A stretch of DNA of 17,725 nucleotides, taken from assembly GCA_027001995.1 (NCBI GenBank), contig JALTLO010000204.1, positions 65,364 to 83,088 of the forward strand, read 5' to 3'. Source of the DNA: Planctomycetota bacterium (GTDB lineage Bacteria; Planctomycetota; GCA-002687715; DRQF01). The translations under genes were made by a program, and so were the position numbers. Below are positions 1 through 9,033 of the stretch, piece by piece (position 1 is the stretch's first letter; every line of letters starts with the position of its first letter). The notes below the pieces were generated by a model. The model had not been told where the DNA came from. It was given only the letters and a program-made list of their open reading frames with translations, and searched no databases.

Positions 1-458
1 TCATAGGACTCAAAGCGATGCAAGAAATCGAGGAACTGATCGAGAGTTCCCTGCAATTCCAATTTGTAGGCGATGTCTACGAATGCCGTCGCGCTCTTTC
101 TGCGGCCACGGCTTCGGGCAGAGCTATCGTCCAAGCCCGTCACCTCTACGCCACTTGCCGCTGAGAAATCGGTAATTTTCTGAACGAAATCATTGATCTC
201 TTTGTCTTCTGGCAAGATCTTGACCCGCTCTTTCACCACCATTCGTTCGGTGAGGACATGATCTTCATGGTCACGAATCTTGCTGATCCGCATGTTCGCC
301 TTTTGGTTCTCGCCTTTGAGTCTTTCGATCTTGGCTTCTTCCTCGCCGATGGCTGTGTAGTCCATGTAGACCACACCGGCACTTGAAAGGATCAAAGCGG
401 AAGACACACCGATGATGATCCATGCCTTTTTCTTTGCATTTCTGATTGCGTTTAACAC
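1..458 (-). CDS. pilO: Type IV pilus assembly protein PilO (3'-truncated by window edge; missing from supplied ORF track)
   Basis: Manual translation from GTG at 458 (GGAG SD 7 nt upstream): MLNAIRNAKKKAWIIIGVSSALILSSAGVVYMDY...KILPEDKEINDFVQKITDFSAASGVEV...AYKLELQGTLDQFLDFLHRFESY. N-terminal TM helix, coiled coil and PilO-like 'LP..EI' and 'L.G....F..FL' patterns. Lies directly downstream of pilM and pilN. Confidence 0.85.
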   Translation of the reverse strand, partial: MLNAIRNAKKKAWIIIGVSSALILSSAGVVYMDYTAIGEEEAKIERLKGENQKANMRISKIRDHEDHVLTERMVVKERVKILPEDKEINDFVQKITDFSAASGVEVTGLDDSSARSRGRRKSATAFVDIAYKLELQGTLDQFLDFLHRFESY

Positions 459-482
459 GATAATTCTCCCTCGGCCGGAGGC

Positions 483-1223
483 CTATTTTCCCCGGCGGGA
501 TTTGTTTGTTTTGCGTTCATCTTTGGTGGCGACTTCCTTCATCAACTTCTGACGAGCCTTCAAGGATTCCGCAGGGTCTTTCAGTTCGCAGAGCATGTCC
601 ATAGTCCAACCCTTCTTGGGCTCCACATCCTCTTGGAAAGTCTCTACGCTACCCATAGGGTCTGAGATCTCATTGTATCCCAAGGCGAACATTTGACTGC
701 GCTTGAAGGCCCCGTGAAACAGGTTGTAGTGCTGGAGAGGATCCTGGTCTGCTAGAGTCAGGCCCTTCAGACTGAGAGTGCCACCACTCTTCTTGGCTTT
801 CTGGCCCCGTCCCCGGCGAGCCGTGTTGGGAGGCGTGAACTTCAGCTCTTTGACCCACACCAAGTAGCCTTCATTTTTGTCGTTATCACCAGCGACAGTC
901 AATTCCGCGAGCTCATCAAGTGTCTTGGTCATGAGAATGCGGCCAGCAGCGATTTGCTCGATAGTGGACACACGTTTCTTAAAGACGGATTTCTCGGCAA
1001 TGAGCCGCTTCTCGTAGGCAAGCTGCGGACCTTTCTGAGCTAACTCTTGCTCTTGAGTTTCTCGCGCATTCGTCACCTCAGCTAACCAGACGAAGTGAAC
1101 ATATGCTGCCACGCTTCCAGCGGAAAGCACACAAATGAGACCACCAAGAATCGGCAACAGCAACACCAAAGGAGTGCGCTCGCGTTTCTTCATGTCTTGG
1201 GGAAGTAGGTTGATATTTATCAT
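483..1223 (-). CDS. pilN: Type IV pilus assembly protein PilN
   Basis: N-terminal INLLP PilM-binding motif (MININLLP), one TM helix, coiled coil, then 'VWVKELKF...LSLKG' PilN-like domain. Sits between pilM and pilO. Confidence 0.9.
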   Translation of the reverse strand: MININLLPQDMKKRERTPLVLLLPILGGLICVLSAGSVAAYVHFVWLAEVTNARETQEQELAQKGPQLAYEKRLIAEKSVFKKRVSTIEQIAAGRILMTKTLDELAELTVAGDNDKNEGYLVWVKELKFTPPNTARRGRGQKAKKSGGTLSLKGLTLADQDPLQHYNLFHGAFKRSQMFALGYNEISDPMGSVETFQEDVEPKKGWTMDMLCELKDPAESLKARQKLMKEVATKDERKTNKSRRGK

Positions 1224-1226
1224 GAT

Positions 1227-2264
1227 TTAGTTCTTCTGAATACGCGACGCGAGACCCATTGCAATGACCATTCCAGGTCCACCATTAGCGAGGAGATCGG
1301 CGTCGATATCATCGCTCACAGGAAGGTTTTCGAAAGGATTGAAGACGACACAGGGACGCTCAAAGATTCTCTCGAATGATTCGCGGAAGCAAGCTAACCT
1401 TGCCCCCCCACCAGAAAGAAAGATCTTGTCCGGAGATCTTCCGTGTTGGTTTTCGAAATAGTCAAATGACAATTGAATTTCGTTACCTAAGTCATCGATC
1501 GTTGGGAACACAGCGTCTTGCACCTGCCCCTCGTCGTCTCGCCCTGACCGTTTGACTTGCTCAGCATCCTCTGGCTCCAAACCAAGGCGTCTGGAAATCG
1601 CTTCGGTGAAGTCTTGGCCGCCAAAGTAAATTTCGCGGGTGAACTTGGATGTGCCATTTTGAATGATGTTGAGGCAAGTCTTAGAGCCGCCGACATCCAC
1701 GAAGGCCACCACTTCAGCCTTTTCGCCATCCTCATCATCTTCGCCGCAGAAGCTTTGAACGAATTCATAGGCGTTGCCCAAAGCGATGGCATCGACGTCA
1801 ATGATCTCGGGGGTGCATCCTGCTTTTTGCAAGATCTCAACATGATCCTCGATGACACTGTTCTTAACAGCCACCAGGATCACGTTGTCGTTCCCGCCGC
1901 CCCCAGATTCGTCTTCGAGCTTCTGGCAGTCGAGAGTGCCCTCGTCCAAACCGAAAGGAATGTACTTCTCCGCTTCGAAGATGATGGCGTTGCGCAATTC
2001 TTCTTCGCTCATGGGAACCATGCTCAGGTAGCGAATAATCACCATTTTGCCCGAGACAGAGCTCACAACGCGCTTGGGGTTGAATCCACCCTCTTTAATC
2101 AACGTGTTGATGGCGTTGATTTGCCCATCTCGGTCGTCTGACGGGAGGTCGATCTGGCCAAAGCCGGTCACCTCAATTCCTTTGCCGACCCGACTCAGCT
2201 CAACTGCCTTCACAGATGAGCTGCCGATATCGAGTCCGACAATACTTTTCTTTGGACTGAACAT
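1227..2264 (-). CDS. pilM: Type IV pilus assembly protein PilM (actin-like/FtsA fold)
   Basis: VGLDIGSSSVKAVEL, EAEKYIPF, IDVDAIAL, VDVGGSKT, FGGQDFT and LSGGGA motifs; GAGAGG SD upstream. Confidence 0.95.
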   Translation of the reverse strand: MFSPKKSIVGLDIGSSSVKAVELSRVGKGIEVTGFGQIDLPSDDRDGQINAINTLIKEGGFNPKRVVSSVSGKMVIIRYLSMVPMSEEELRNAIIFEAEKYIPFGLDEGTLDCQKLEDESGGGGNDNVILVAVKNSVIEDHVEILQKAGCTPEIIDVDAIALGNAYEFVQSFCGEDDEDGEKAEVVAFVDVGGSKTCLNIIQNGTSKFTREIYFGGQDFTEAISRRLGLEPEDAEQVKRSGRDDEGQVQDAVFPTIDDLGNEIQLSFDYFENQHGRSPDKIFLSGGGARLACFRESFERIFERPCVVFNPFENLPVSDDIDADLLANGGPGMVIAMGLASRIQKN

Positions 2265-2555
2265 GATCTTGCTGCCTCTCCCCGTGTCTGGAGATATCTT
2301 TCAATACTGACGCGATACACTGCTAATCGTCCCGCGGCCGGATGTTTCTTTAGCTTAGAGCAAGATACATATAGGAAAGAATATGCAAGTCCGTGGGATT
2401 TCGAAGGTGCCCGGTTCGACGCAAGACGCAAACAGGGGCCAATGCCTCGCTTATGCTCTTGAAACCCCAGGGCAATTTCCCGGAGACTTGATCTGATTGA
2501 AGGACCAGTAGATGAGAAAATCGCGGAGGAGCGAGAGCTTCGAAGACGCTTGTGC

Positions 2556-4274
2556 CTACTTGGAGCTACCCTGTTCGAGCAAAGTCATCACTTCGTCCGC
2601 GCTGGAAGCCCTGAGGGCCGCGTCAGCTAGATGGTGGCAGTGAGAGAGGTAGAGACTCCTGACCATCCGCTTTACTTTTGGCAACGATGGAGGGGCCACA
2701 CTGATGTTCCGAACTCCCAGCCCAAGGAGTAAAGGAATGTAAATTGGCTCCCCAGCCATCTCACCACAAACCGAACAGTACTTGCCATGGCGACGGGCTA
2801 CTTTGATGACATGTTTGATCAGTTGCAAAACTGCTGGATGGTGAGGAGCATAGAGATTCGAAACGCGGTGATTCAAACGGTCCACACCCAGGGTATACTG
2901 GGTCAAATCGTTGGTGCCGATAGAAAAGAAGTCGGTGTGCTGAACGAGGGCTTCCATATTGAGGGCAGCACTGGGCAACTCAATCATAGCTCCAACCCGG
3001 AGGTCTCGCTCAAAAGGAACTCCCGTTTCTTCCACCTCTGCCCGCGCTTCCGCTATCAAGGCACGGGCTCGGATCATGTCACCCGAGTCCATGATGAGAG
3101 GAAACATAACCCGCACCTTGCCATGAATGCCCGCCCGCATGATGGCACGCATCTGGGTCTTGAAGGATTCCGTATGTCTGAAGGACACCCGAATGGAACG
3201 TTCGCCTAAGAACGGATTCGGTTCATTCCGTGCGTTGAAGCGCCGATCGAACTTGTCGGCCCCCACATCCATGGAGCGAATAGTGACCATCTTCCCTTCC
3301 ATGCCCTCCAAGGCTTCTCGGTAGACTTCGTATTGTTCGTCTTCAGAAAGAGTCGTTTGCCGCCCCAAGAACAAGAACTCGGTGCGGAACAGACCCACCC
3401 CCGTGCCACCGTACTTCTTGACTCGCGGGACATCCTCCTTCGTCTCGATGTTGCAATAGATGCGAATCTCTTCACCGTCTCGGGTGATACTTGGTTGGCG
3501 ACGAATATTCGAATCGGCAACAGTGCTGCGGCGGCTTCGCTTTCTTTTCTCAAGATATCGCTTGCGAGTTTCTTCACTGGGATCGACGATCACAACTCCA
3601 GCGTCCCCATCAACAATGACCTGAGAACCAATGGAGGCCAAGTGAGCAACATGAGGAACAGCCACGACAGCGGGAATGCCCAAAGCCCGGGCGAGAATCG
3701 CTGTGTGGGATGCCCAACTGCCTTTTTCTGTAGCAAACGCCAAGACTTTGTCTCGGTCCAGAGTCACAGCTTGTGATGGTGTTAAATCGTCCGCGATGAC
3801 GATGGTTTTCGCCGTCAGCTTCTGGACCCGGTTCAACCGCCCCCCCATGAGATGGTTGAGGAGTCGATGTTCAATGTCGATCATATCCGCGACTTTGCTC
3901 GAAAACGCCGGATTGTCGATAGCTTTGAACTGCTCAGTCAAAGTTGAAATGGTCTCGCAAACGGCATAAGCCGCCGTATAGCGTTGCTCACGGATAGCCC
4001 CTTCGATCGCACCGCTCAACATGTCGTCGGCCAAGAAGTCAAGGGAAGTCGCAATGATACGGCCCACATCAACATGCACCTGATCCTGCTCCCCGATCAG
4101 TTTTTTGATGTCTTTCTCTGACTTGACCAAAGCCCGCCGAAAGCGTTTCACTTCCAGTTCGATCTTGCTCTCATCGACGTAGGCTTCCTGCACCTTGATC
4201 TCTTCGGAGGTCAGGATAATCGCCTGCCCCATGGCAATTCCAGACGAAACTTTTTGGCCAGAAAGTGTTTCCAT
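2556..4274 (-). CDS. ptsI: Phosphoenolpyruvate-protein phosphotransferase (PTS enzyme I), no N-terminal GAF domain
   Basis: SHTAILAR phospho-His motif, GLFRTEFLF, EPNPFLGERSIR, DFFSIGTNDLTQY, CGEMAG; 572 aa. Confidence 0.96.
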   Translation of the reverse strand: METLSGQKVSSGIAMGQAIILTSEEIKVQEAYVDESKIELEVKRFRRALVKSEKDIKKLIGEQDQVHVDVGRIIATSLDFLADDMLSGAIEGAIREQRYTAAYAVCETISTLTEQFKAIDNPAFSSKVADMIDIEHRLLNHLMGGRLNRVQKLTAKTIVIADDLTPSQAVTLDRDKVLAFATEKGSWASHTAILARALGIPAVVAVPHVAHLASIGSQVIVDGDAGVVIVDPSEETRKRYLEKRKRSRRSTVADSNIRRQPSITRDGEEIRIYCNIETKEDVPRVKKYGGTGVGLFRTEFLFLGRQTTLSEDEQYEVYREALEGMEGKMVTIRSMDVGADKFDRRFNARNEPNPFLGERSIRVSFRHTESFKTQMRAIMRAGIHGKVRVMFPLIMDSGDMIRARALIAEARAEVEETGVPFERDLRVGAMIELPSAALNMEALVQHTDFFSIGTNDLTQYTLGVDRLNHRVSNLYAPHHPAVLQLIKHVIKVARRHGKYCSVCGEMAGEPIYIPLLLGLGVRNISVAPPSLPKVKRMVRSLYLSHCHHLADAALRASSADEVMTLLEQGSSK

Positions 4275-4315
4275 CTATGAGCCTTTACTTCGAGTAGGAT
4301 CTCTTGGAACGAATA

Positions 4316-4591
4316 TCAGTCATCATTAAAACCGCTCTTGATTAAAGCCACGATAGCTTGCACCGCAGCCTCGGCATCTGCCCCCGTGCCAATAATTGTC
4401 AAATGAGTGCCACACGGGGCATTGAGCATCATGAGCTCGATGGGAGACTTGGCATTGGATTCGACGCCATTGGTTTCGTTGCGGATCAAAATCACAGCAT
4501 CAAAGTCGGAAGCACAGCGAACAATGAGTGATGAAGGGCGTGCATGAACACCGTGCTTATTGGTCACTTCGATTGGCACTTCAATGGTCAC
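4316..4591 (-). CDS. ptsH: Phosphocarrier protein HPr
   Basis: GVHARP (His15-equivalent) and NAKSPI (Ser46-equivalent). Start moved to GTG 4591 behind a strong GGAGGAG SD; 91 aa. Confidence 0.93.
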   Translation of the reverse strand: MTIEVPIEVTNKHGVHARPSSLIVRCASDFDAVILIRNETNGVESNAKSPIELMMLNAPCGTHLTIIGTGADAEAAVQAIVALIKSGFNDD

Positions 4592-4610
4592 CGCCCCATC
4601 TCCTCCATCA

Positions 4611-5579
4611 TTATTTCTTGAGCAGTATCTTATAACTCTCAAACACGGCTTCAGCCAGACGGTCTGGATTGTGACGAACCTTGGGCCCGCTTTCCAATAG
4701 CTCCGCTGAATGCACGGGAATACCATCCATGGTCCCCTCAACCGGCACCACAGGCTCACTCCCGGCCTCGGCGTATCGTTGAAGTAACTGCTCGTGTATC
4801 CTGTCACCAGCACAGAGAATCATATCGAGGTTGAGCCCTCGTTCCAGCTTGCGAAGTTGATGAACGTGGTCCGCAAGTGTGAAACCTTCTGTTTGTCCCG
4901 GTTGGGTCATCAAGTTGGCGACGAAAATCTTAGGGGCGGAAGATGTGTTGATGGCCTCAACCATACCTGGCACAAGAAGAGTCGGTAGGACCTCGGTATA
5001 GATTTTGCCCGGCCCCACACAAATCAAGTCGGCCTCAGAAAGCACCTCATGAATTTCATCGGCAATGGCCGGCGGACGGGGAACCAACTTGATTTTTGAG
5101 ATTGACTTGCGCGTCTGGTCAACAATAACCTGCCCGGTGCTCTTGGTCCCATCCGGGTGCTCAGCAACGATCGTCAACTTGCTCTCAGTGGCCGGCAAAA
5201 CCCGCCCTCTCACGTTGAGCAATTGTCGGGCATGCTCCACTGCTCCGCGAAAATCACCGTTCAACTCTGTCAATGCGGCGATGAACAAATTGCCGAAACT
5301 ATGGCCACTGAGAAAGGATGCTTTAAAGCGGTACTGAAACAGCTTGGCGAGATCGACTCGGTCTTCAGACATGGCCACCAAGCAATTACGAATATCACCG
5401 GGAGGGGGAATGTCAAAGTCTTTACGCAAACGCCCAGAGCTGCCACCGTCATCAGCCACAGTAATAATGGCCACCAGGTCACAGACTCGATCCTTCAGCC
5501 CTGAAAGCAAGGCGTGCATACCCGCCCCACCACCTATGGCCACAACTTTCAGAACTTTGTTTTGTTTCGTTTCTACCAC
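4611..5579 (-). CDS. yvcK: YvcK/CofD-family protein (gluconeogenesis factor, UDP-GlcNAc-binding)
   Basis: VVAIGGGAG, ITVADDGGSSGRLR, PPGDIRNCL, GHSFGNL, NLMTQPGQT and RHNPDRLA motifs. Start uncertain: GTG 5579 (GAGG upstream) or ATG 5636. Confidence 0.9.
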   Translation of the reverse strand: MVETKQNKVLKVVAIGGGAGMHALLSGLKDRVCDLVAIITVADDGGSSGRLRKDFDIPPPGDIRNCLVAMSEDRVDLAKLFQYRFKASFLSGHSFGNLFIAALTELNGDFRGAVEHARQLLNVRGRVLPATESKLTIVAEHPDGTKSTGQVIVDQTRKSISKIKLVPRPPAIADEIHEVLSEADLICVGPGKIYTEVLPTLLVPGMVEAINTSSAPKIFVANLMTQPGQTEGFTLADHVHQLRKLERGLNLDMILCAGDRIHEQLLQRYAEAGSEPVVPVEGTMDGIPVHSAELLESGPKVRHNPDRLAEAVFESYKILLKK

Positions 5580-5692
5580 ATGACCTCGCTTCTCTTGGGC
5601 CCCATGGGATTCTAATAACCGAAACGCATTCTTCATAGAGACAGCAAAATCATGCTCGACTCGAATTATTCACGATCTCCCGGTTAGTCGGG

Positions 5693-5731
5693 TTGACTAG
5701 TCGGTAGAGATTTTGGTCAAGAATGGTCAAT
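5693..5731. promoter_or_regulatory. Direct heptad repeat GGTCAAG-AAT-GGTCAAT plus one inverted copy upstream of yvcK-ptsH-ptsI; probable transcription-factor site including TTGACC -35-like hexamers
   Basis: 5715-5731 reads TTGACCAttcTTGACCA on the minus strand; a further TTGACT lies at 5693-5698. No well-spaced -10 was found. Confidence 0.35.
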
Positions 5732-5769
5732 GAGAAGAAATAGCGGGCCCAAAAGAGCGAGGATCGTGG

Positions 5770-6066
5770 TCACCCCCGATGATTCCTCAGGCGTTCTTTC
5801 TTCTTGCGCAACTGGGTCTCCAAGCGATTTTCCGCCATTTGAACCGCTTTGCGAAGACTGGACGCTTCCCCATGGGCGTTCAGCTGAACCCCTCTGGGAG
5901 CCCCCATGTTCACCTCAACCTTGCTTCGGTCGAGGGCATGCTCAACCACAACTCGGGCTGGCCGTTCACCCTGGCAGAATCGACTCAAGCGATTCAATTT
6001 CGCTCGAATCCAGGATTCTTCATTCTTGGAAAGATGCCCGTGCCTTGCGGTGATTACTACATCCAT
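5770..6066 (-). CDS. hpf: Ribosome hibernation promoting factor (short HPF/RaiA family)
   Basis: MDVVITARH...IRAKLNRLSRF...AVQMAENRLETQLRKKKER matches the S30EA/HPF pattern. Start ATG 6066 behind GGAG; 98 aa. Confidence 0.88.
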   Translation of the reverse strand: MDVVITARHGHLSKNEESWIRAKLNRLSRFCQGERPARVVVEHALDRSKVEVNMGAPRGVQLNAHGEASSLRKAVQMAENRLETQLRKKKERLRNHRG

Positions 6067-6113
6067 GGTGGTCTCCATAAAGTGCTGTAGACAAGGAAGA
6101 AGTCATAAGACAA

Positions 6114-6887
6114 TCACTCATAGAATACCTCGACTAGGTGCAATCCGCTTGCAGGAACTGTGGGGCCAGAGAATTTTCGTTCTCCCCCATTGAGCAAAGA
6201 AGCAATTTCTTCCTTTCCCAATTTTCCGCTACCGACGTAAACCAAGGTTCCCACGATAATTCGGACCATGTTGTAGAGAAAACCATTAGCCGCAAGCTCA
6301 AAATGAATCAGCCGCCCATCTTCAATTATTCTGCACTTGTGGATGGTTCGGACGCAATCGCCGATCCTCTCGGCTTCCTTGCAGAAGGCAGAAAAGTCAT
6401 GAGTTCCGACGAACAGAGCCGCTACCTCCTGCATAGCCGCCAGGTCGAGGGGATGACGAATATGGTGAGTTCGATGCCTGAGCAGTGGCGCTTTTGCTCG
6501 GCCCGTGAGAACGGAGTAGCGATAGAGTTTGCTGGTCGCTGAAAACCGTGCATGAAAGAAAAGACTAACATCTTCGGCTGCCAAAACCGCCACATCGGGA
6601 GGCAAGACGGCGTCCAAAGCGCGGCCCAAGTCTCGTATAGGGATTTGATGTTGTAGGGTGAAACTCGCCACTTGACCCAGAGCATGAACACCGGCGTCTG
6701 TTCTCCCCGACCCATTGATGGTCGTCCGTTCCCCTGTGATTTTGAAAACGGCATCTTCGATTAACTTCTGAATGCCAATGCCGTTGTTTTGCTTTTCCCA
6801 ACCGCAGTAGTTGCTGCCATCATACTCGATGGTAATCTTGATGTTTCGTGGACAGGCGGGCAGCCCCAGTTCCTTCGGGTCAATCAC
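6114..6887 (-). CDS. truA: tRNA pseudouridine(38-40) synthase TruA
   Basis: IEYDGSNYCGWEKQ, GSGRTDAGVHA (catalytic Asp), FHARFSA, GTHDFSAF, GFLYNMVRIIVG. Start probably GTG 6887, overlapping the upstream stop; ATG 6914 is an alternative. Confidence 0.96.
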   Translation of the reverse strand: MIDPKELGLPACPRNIKITIEYDGSNYCGWEKQNNGIGIQKLIEDAVFKITGERTTINGSGRTDAGVHALGQVASFTLQHQIPIRDLGRALDAVLPPDVAVLAAEDVSLFFHARFSATSKLYRYSVLTGRAKAPLLRHRTHHIRHPLDLAAMQEVAALFVGTHDFSAFCKEAERIGDCVRTIHKCRIIEDGRLIHFELAANGFLYNMVRIIVGTLVYVGSGKLGKEEIASLLNGGERKFSGPTVPASGLHLVEVFYE

Positions 6888-7734
6888 CGGACACGCCGGA
6901 GTCGACACCTTCATCACCACTTTCTGGCCAACGAACACCTTCCATCTGACATTCCTTGAAGCACCCCATGCTGACTTCACAGCCCCGGAAGTCGCTCCCG
7001 TTCAAAGTACATTTGTCGAAGCCAGCTTCGTGGACCAATGCCTTCTGAAAATTAACATGCTCCAGGCTGGCTGCAGCAAAGAACGACGCTTTGAGATCAA
7101 CCCCACTCATGTCAGCACCATCACAGTTGGCATCCGACAAATCACAAGAAGCCATGAATGCATCGGTCAATTGAGCATCTGTAAGCCGAACGGAAATCGC
7201 CTGACTCTGATTCATATCTATGGTCGTCATATTGGCACTATCAAAGTCGGCTTCCAAGAGATTCGACTTCTGCATACTTGCCCCGACCAAGCTGGCATTG
7301 TGAAACTTCGACTGTTTGGCCAAGATTCCTTCGAGCATGCTGTAGTCGAAACAAGCCGACGAGGCATCACACTCACTCAAGTCACAATCTTGGAATACCG
7401 CCATTTCAAAATTGCTCGACTTGAGCACGGCGCCCTTGAGATCCGCAGCGGTGAAATCAGCCCGGCTCGCGCTCACCCCAGCCAAATCAGACAAGATCAG
7501 ACGAGCGCCTCGCAGATTTGCTTCGGTCAAAATAGCCCCGCTAAGATCAGCACCACTCAAATCGGCGTTTTCGAAGTTCGCCCCTTCTAAGCGGGCCCCC
7601 CGAAGAAACGCCCCTTTCAGGGCTCCATCGCCAGCAGCTACTTCCAGTTGACGCCTTGCAGCAGCCCAATCCTCTACCTCATTAGCTCTACAGCCCAAGA
7701 CAGCCAGGATATCGTTGTTCTTTGGTTGAGACAT
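6880..7734 (-). CDS. Pentapeptide repeat protein
   Basis: About 45 consecutive A(D/N)(L/F)xx-type repeats (e.g. ANFEN ADLSG ADLSG AILTE ANLRG ARLIL). Start ATG 7734 (MSQPKNND); an in-frame upstream ATG at 7866 is possible. Confidence 0.93.
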   Translation of the reverse strand: MSQPKNNDILAVLGCRANEVEDWAAARRQLEVAAGDGALKGAFLRGARLEGANFENADLSGADLSGAILTEANLRGARLILSDLAGVSASRADFTAADLKGAVLKSSNFEMAVFQDCDLSECDASSACFDYSMLEGILAKQSKFHNASLVGASMQKSNLLEADFDSANMTTIDMNQSQAISVRLTDAQLTDAFMASCDLSDANCDGADMSGVDLKASFFAAASLEHVNFQKALVHEAGFDKCTLNGSDFRGCEVSMGCFKECQMEGVRWPESGDEGVDSGVSGD

Positions 7735-7739
7735 GCCCC

Positions 7740-7768
7740 ATAATATGGGGGAGAACTTCTCTGGGCAA
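7740..7768 (-). promoter_or_regulatory. Putative sigma70 promoter for the pentapeptide-truA unit (probably leaderless mRNA)
   Basis: Minus strand TTGCCC (7768-7763) - 17 nt - TATTAT (7745-7740), then GGGGC and ATG 7734. Confidence 0.5.
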
Positions 7769-7907
7769 TAGCCTGAAAAAGTGCAATCAAAACCCCTGCC
7801 AAACGGAAGACAACGGGGCACAGCTAGCCTGGCTGCGACCCCATGGATGCAGAGTTCCAGCGCCATGCCGCCTCCCCGCCGCGGCTATGAGGTGGTAATT
7901 TATCGGG

Positions 7908-8984
7908 TTAGGGTCTCAGTCTCGCCACGATAGGCCCCATGATCTTCCCCCACGACGACTGGGGATTCGCTTCAAGAAAGGTCTTCAAAGCCGCCAGATG
8001 TTCGACTCTGGCATTGCGGTTGAGGAATTTTCCAATGGGGTCGGAAGGCTCAGGAAGTTCAGCCACAAGAGCCAAGACATCATGAACAGAAGCAGGTGCT
8101 TTCAGAAAGGAGATGGCATTGCCAGCAGCAGTTCTCGTGCCCAGACTGTTGTTTGAGTTGAGGTGCAAGTCAAAGAGAGCTGCGGGGCCCCCATGGGCGA
8201 CTTGAGTTCCTAAAGCATTACAAGCTAAGCCTAAAAGAGGCTTCGACCTTTCGCTATCGGAGGAGATGAATTCTGCCAAGGTGTTCACAAGATCCGCGCT
8301 GGGCACGAACCGTGTCAAGTTGACGGAGTCTTTTAGAGAAAGAGGATCCATTTCATCCCTCAGCCGCTCAACAAGAAAAGAGCTAGCGAATGATGCCGGG
8401 AGTTTCCTCAAAGCTTGAAGGATACAATAGCGTTCTTGATGGTTCTTGGAGCCAGCGTAAATGCGCCGAAGACTCTCACAAGCAGCCAAAGTTCCGTTGA
8501 GGCGAATCGCTTCGAGCACACGAATCGGATGCTTGGCGTATTGGGCCTCCAAGATAGGAAGTCCCTTTTCGGCCTTGGAAGCCCCCAACATGATGATCAA
8601 AATACTCTCATAGGCTGGAGAGTTGTCTTTGCGGGCGAACTCTTTCTCAAGCAATGGGAAATCACTGGGAGACACAACTGCTTGCCCATGGGCCAAAGCG
8701 ATTTTCAAGTCCGGGCCGCTGGGCATAAAACTATTCTCGCCCGGTTTCATGGCAGCCCGGATCACCTGAATGTCCTTGTCGAAATGCCCCTTGTCGGGTT
8801 TCGCATTGCTGAGCGAACCACCGAGATCGAGCTTAGTGAAGTTACTACGAGATTCTTGGCGTTCAGCAGCATGGCCGTTCTCAGACTTATTGGGAGACTC
8901 CCCCACCTGCAAAAGAACACCTGCGAGGAGGAGGAGAACGCTCAAAAGACCAGCGACAACAACAAGAGATTTATAGGAATGCAT
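7908..8984 (-). CDS. Hypothetical membrane-anchored alpha-helical (HEAT/ARM-like) protein
   Basis: N-terminal hydrophobic stretch LVVVAGLLSVLLLLAGVLL, followed by HEAT-like helices (ILQALRKL, LACNALG, RTAAGNAI). About 358 aa from ATG 8984; TTG 8999 is an alternative start. Confidence 0.65.
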   Translation of the reverse strand: MHSYKSLVVVAGLLSVLLLLAGVLLQVGESPNKSENGHAAERQESRSNFTKLDLGGSLSNAKPDKGHFDKDIQVIRAAMKPGENSFMPSGPDLKIALAHGQAVVSPSDFPLLEKEFARKDNSPAYESILIIMLGASKAEKGLPILEAQYAKHPIRVLEAIRLNGTLAACESLRRIYAGSKNHQERYCILQALRKLPASFASSFLVERLRDEMDPLSLKDSVNLTRFVPSADLVNTLAEFISSDSERSKPLLGLACNALGTQVAHGGPAALFDLHLNSNNSLGTRTAAGNAISFLKAPASVHDVLALVAELPEPSDPIGKFLNRNARVEHLAALKTFLEANPQSSWGKIMGPIVARLRP

Positions 8985-8997
8985 GGACTCGCCCGAC

Positions 8998-9033
8998 AAA
9001 AGAAAATGAGGTATGGCACATAGCCATCCTCAT
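8998..9033 (-). terminator. Rho-independent terminator downstream of smc
   Basis: Minus strand ATGAGG-ATGGC-TATGT-GCCAT-A-CCTCAT followed by TTTCTTTT: 11-bp stem with one bulge plus a U-tract. Confidence 0.65.

Noticed and set aside
2362..2397. Possible sigma54 or sigma70 promoter, or NrdR box, upstream of pilM
   Set aside because: CCCACGGACTTGC lacks the invariant GG at -24; TTGCAT/TATCTT are only 15 nt apart; the NrdR-like core has poor flanks.
4592..4813. N-terminal extension of HPr in the ORF track
   Set aside because: It overlaps yvcK, and a strong SD precedes GTG 4591.
6811..7590. 259-aa plus-strand ORF
   Set aside because: Antisense shadow of the repetitive pentapeptide gene; no recognisable motifs.
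8415..9023. 202-aa plus-strand ORF, and similarly 1557-2141 and the other short plus-strand ORFs
   Set aside because: They overlap well-supported minus-strand genes and lack protein-family features.
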